64,000 nt of DNA from Mobula hypostoma (taxonomy: Eukaryota): the NCBI RefSeq assembly GCF_963921235.1, contig NC_086109.1:34040001-34104000 (forward strand), read 5' to 3'. Shown piece by piece: positions 63,465 through 64,000 of this stretch (position 1 is its first letter; each line of letters opens with the position of its first letter). The notes below the pieces were generated by a model. The model made no database searches and was not told where the DNA came from. It saw only the letters and a list, made by a program, of their open reading frames with translations. The position numbers and the translations under genes are program-made.

Positions 63465-64000
63465 CAGATTGAGTACACCTTATCCAAAATTCAAAATCCA
63501 AAAACCTTTGAAATCCAAAATTTTTTTTTTTTGAGTGCTGATATTCACAATTAGGTTCTAACAGAAAAGCACTACATAAAATGAAAAATGAAGATCTCGA
63601 CAATGTATTGATAGAACTGATTAATCAGCAGAGTGAACAGACCATAACAGTATGCTGACCATGAAACAAAGATCATGACAAACTGAAAATTGAAGATAAC
63701 TGAACATTCAGCAGGCTGGTTGCAGGAATTTAAGAGAAAGCATGGCATTAATTTTTTTAAAGAAAAAATATCTGCTGATCGCGAAGCAGCAGAGAAATTC
63801 ACTGACGAGTTTCCCAAGATTGTCATTGAAGAAAATCTAACACCAGAACAAGTCTACAATGCTGATTGTTTTTATACCTTACATAAAACCTAAAAAGTGC
63901 AAAATACAAACACAATAAACTGTTATTTTTAAAAAAATCAGAACACAGCATCATAGCTGGAGACTGAAAGCATGCTATTGTTTGTCGTTCGATAGCTGAT
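63465..64000 (+). mobile_element. Tigger/Jerky-like (pogo) DNA transposon remnant, running off the window
   Basis: TA followed by CAGATTGAGTACACCTTATCC terminus. ORF 63690-63893 SAGWLQEFKRKHGI...SADREAAEKF...EENLTPEQVYNAD (CENP-B HTH to first catalytic D). Confidence 0.8.

Noticed and set aside
63690..63893. Host TIGD/JRK gene exon
   Set aside because: Adjacent TA-flanked TIR, frameshifts and truncation at the first catalytic Asp indicate a Tigger relic.

Overview
This is vertebrate genomic DNA, not prokaryotic. The repeat complement (CR1/HER1-type LINEs, V-SINE/HE1-like SINEs, Rex1/Babar, Penelope, fish-type L1/Tx1) suggests a cartilaginous fish, probably a ray; that is an inference. The only host gene I can support is NUDT3 (DIPP1, diphosphoinositol polyphosphate phosphohydrolase 1) on the minus strand. 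Coding exons 2-5 are at 61235-61345, 27673-27717, 25420-25504 and 19108-19307, all with GT-AG boundaries. They are followed by an AT-rich, repeat-poor putative 3' UTR, and exon 1 lies beyond the right edge. None of these exons appears in the ORF track. Most of the rest is a nested mosaic of transposon relics: CR1, Rex1/Babar, L1, Tx1, Penelope, Gypsy, Tc1, Tigger and hAT/Charlie. The most notable structure is a family of Penelope-derived short elements carrying a minimal type I hammerhead ribozyme (AGUC-CUGACGA-AGG-gucucgg-CCU-GAAACGUC/GACU). Two near-identical ~100-bp copies have perfect 13-bp target-site duplications (TSDs), several copies are fold-back insertions, and many breakpoints cluster at the ribozyme. 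Other points of interest are a hAT MITE family with swappable cargo, a twin-primed 5'-inverted L1, and a CR1 inserted in the FADD motif of another LINE. Repeat boundaries without a TSD or TIR are approximate.
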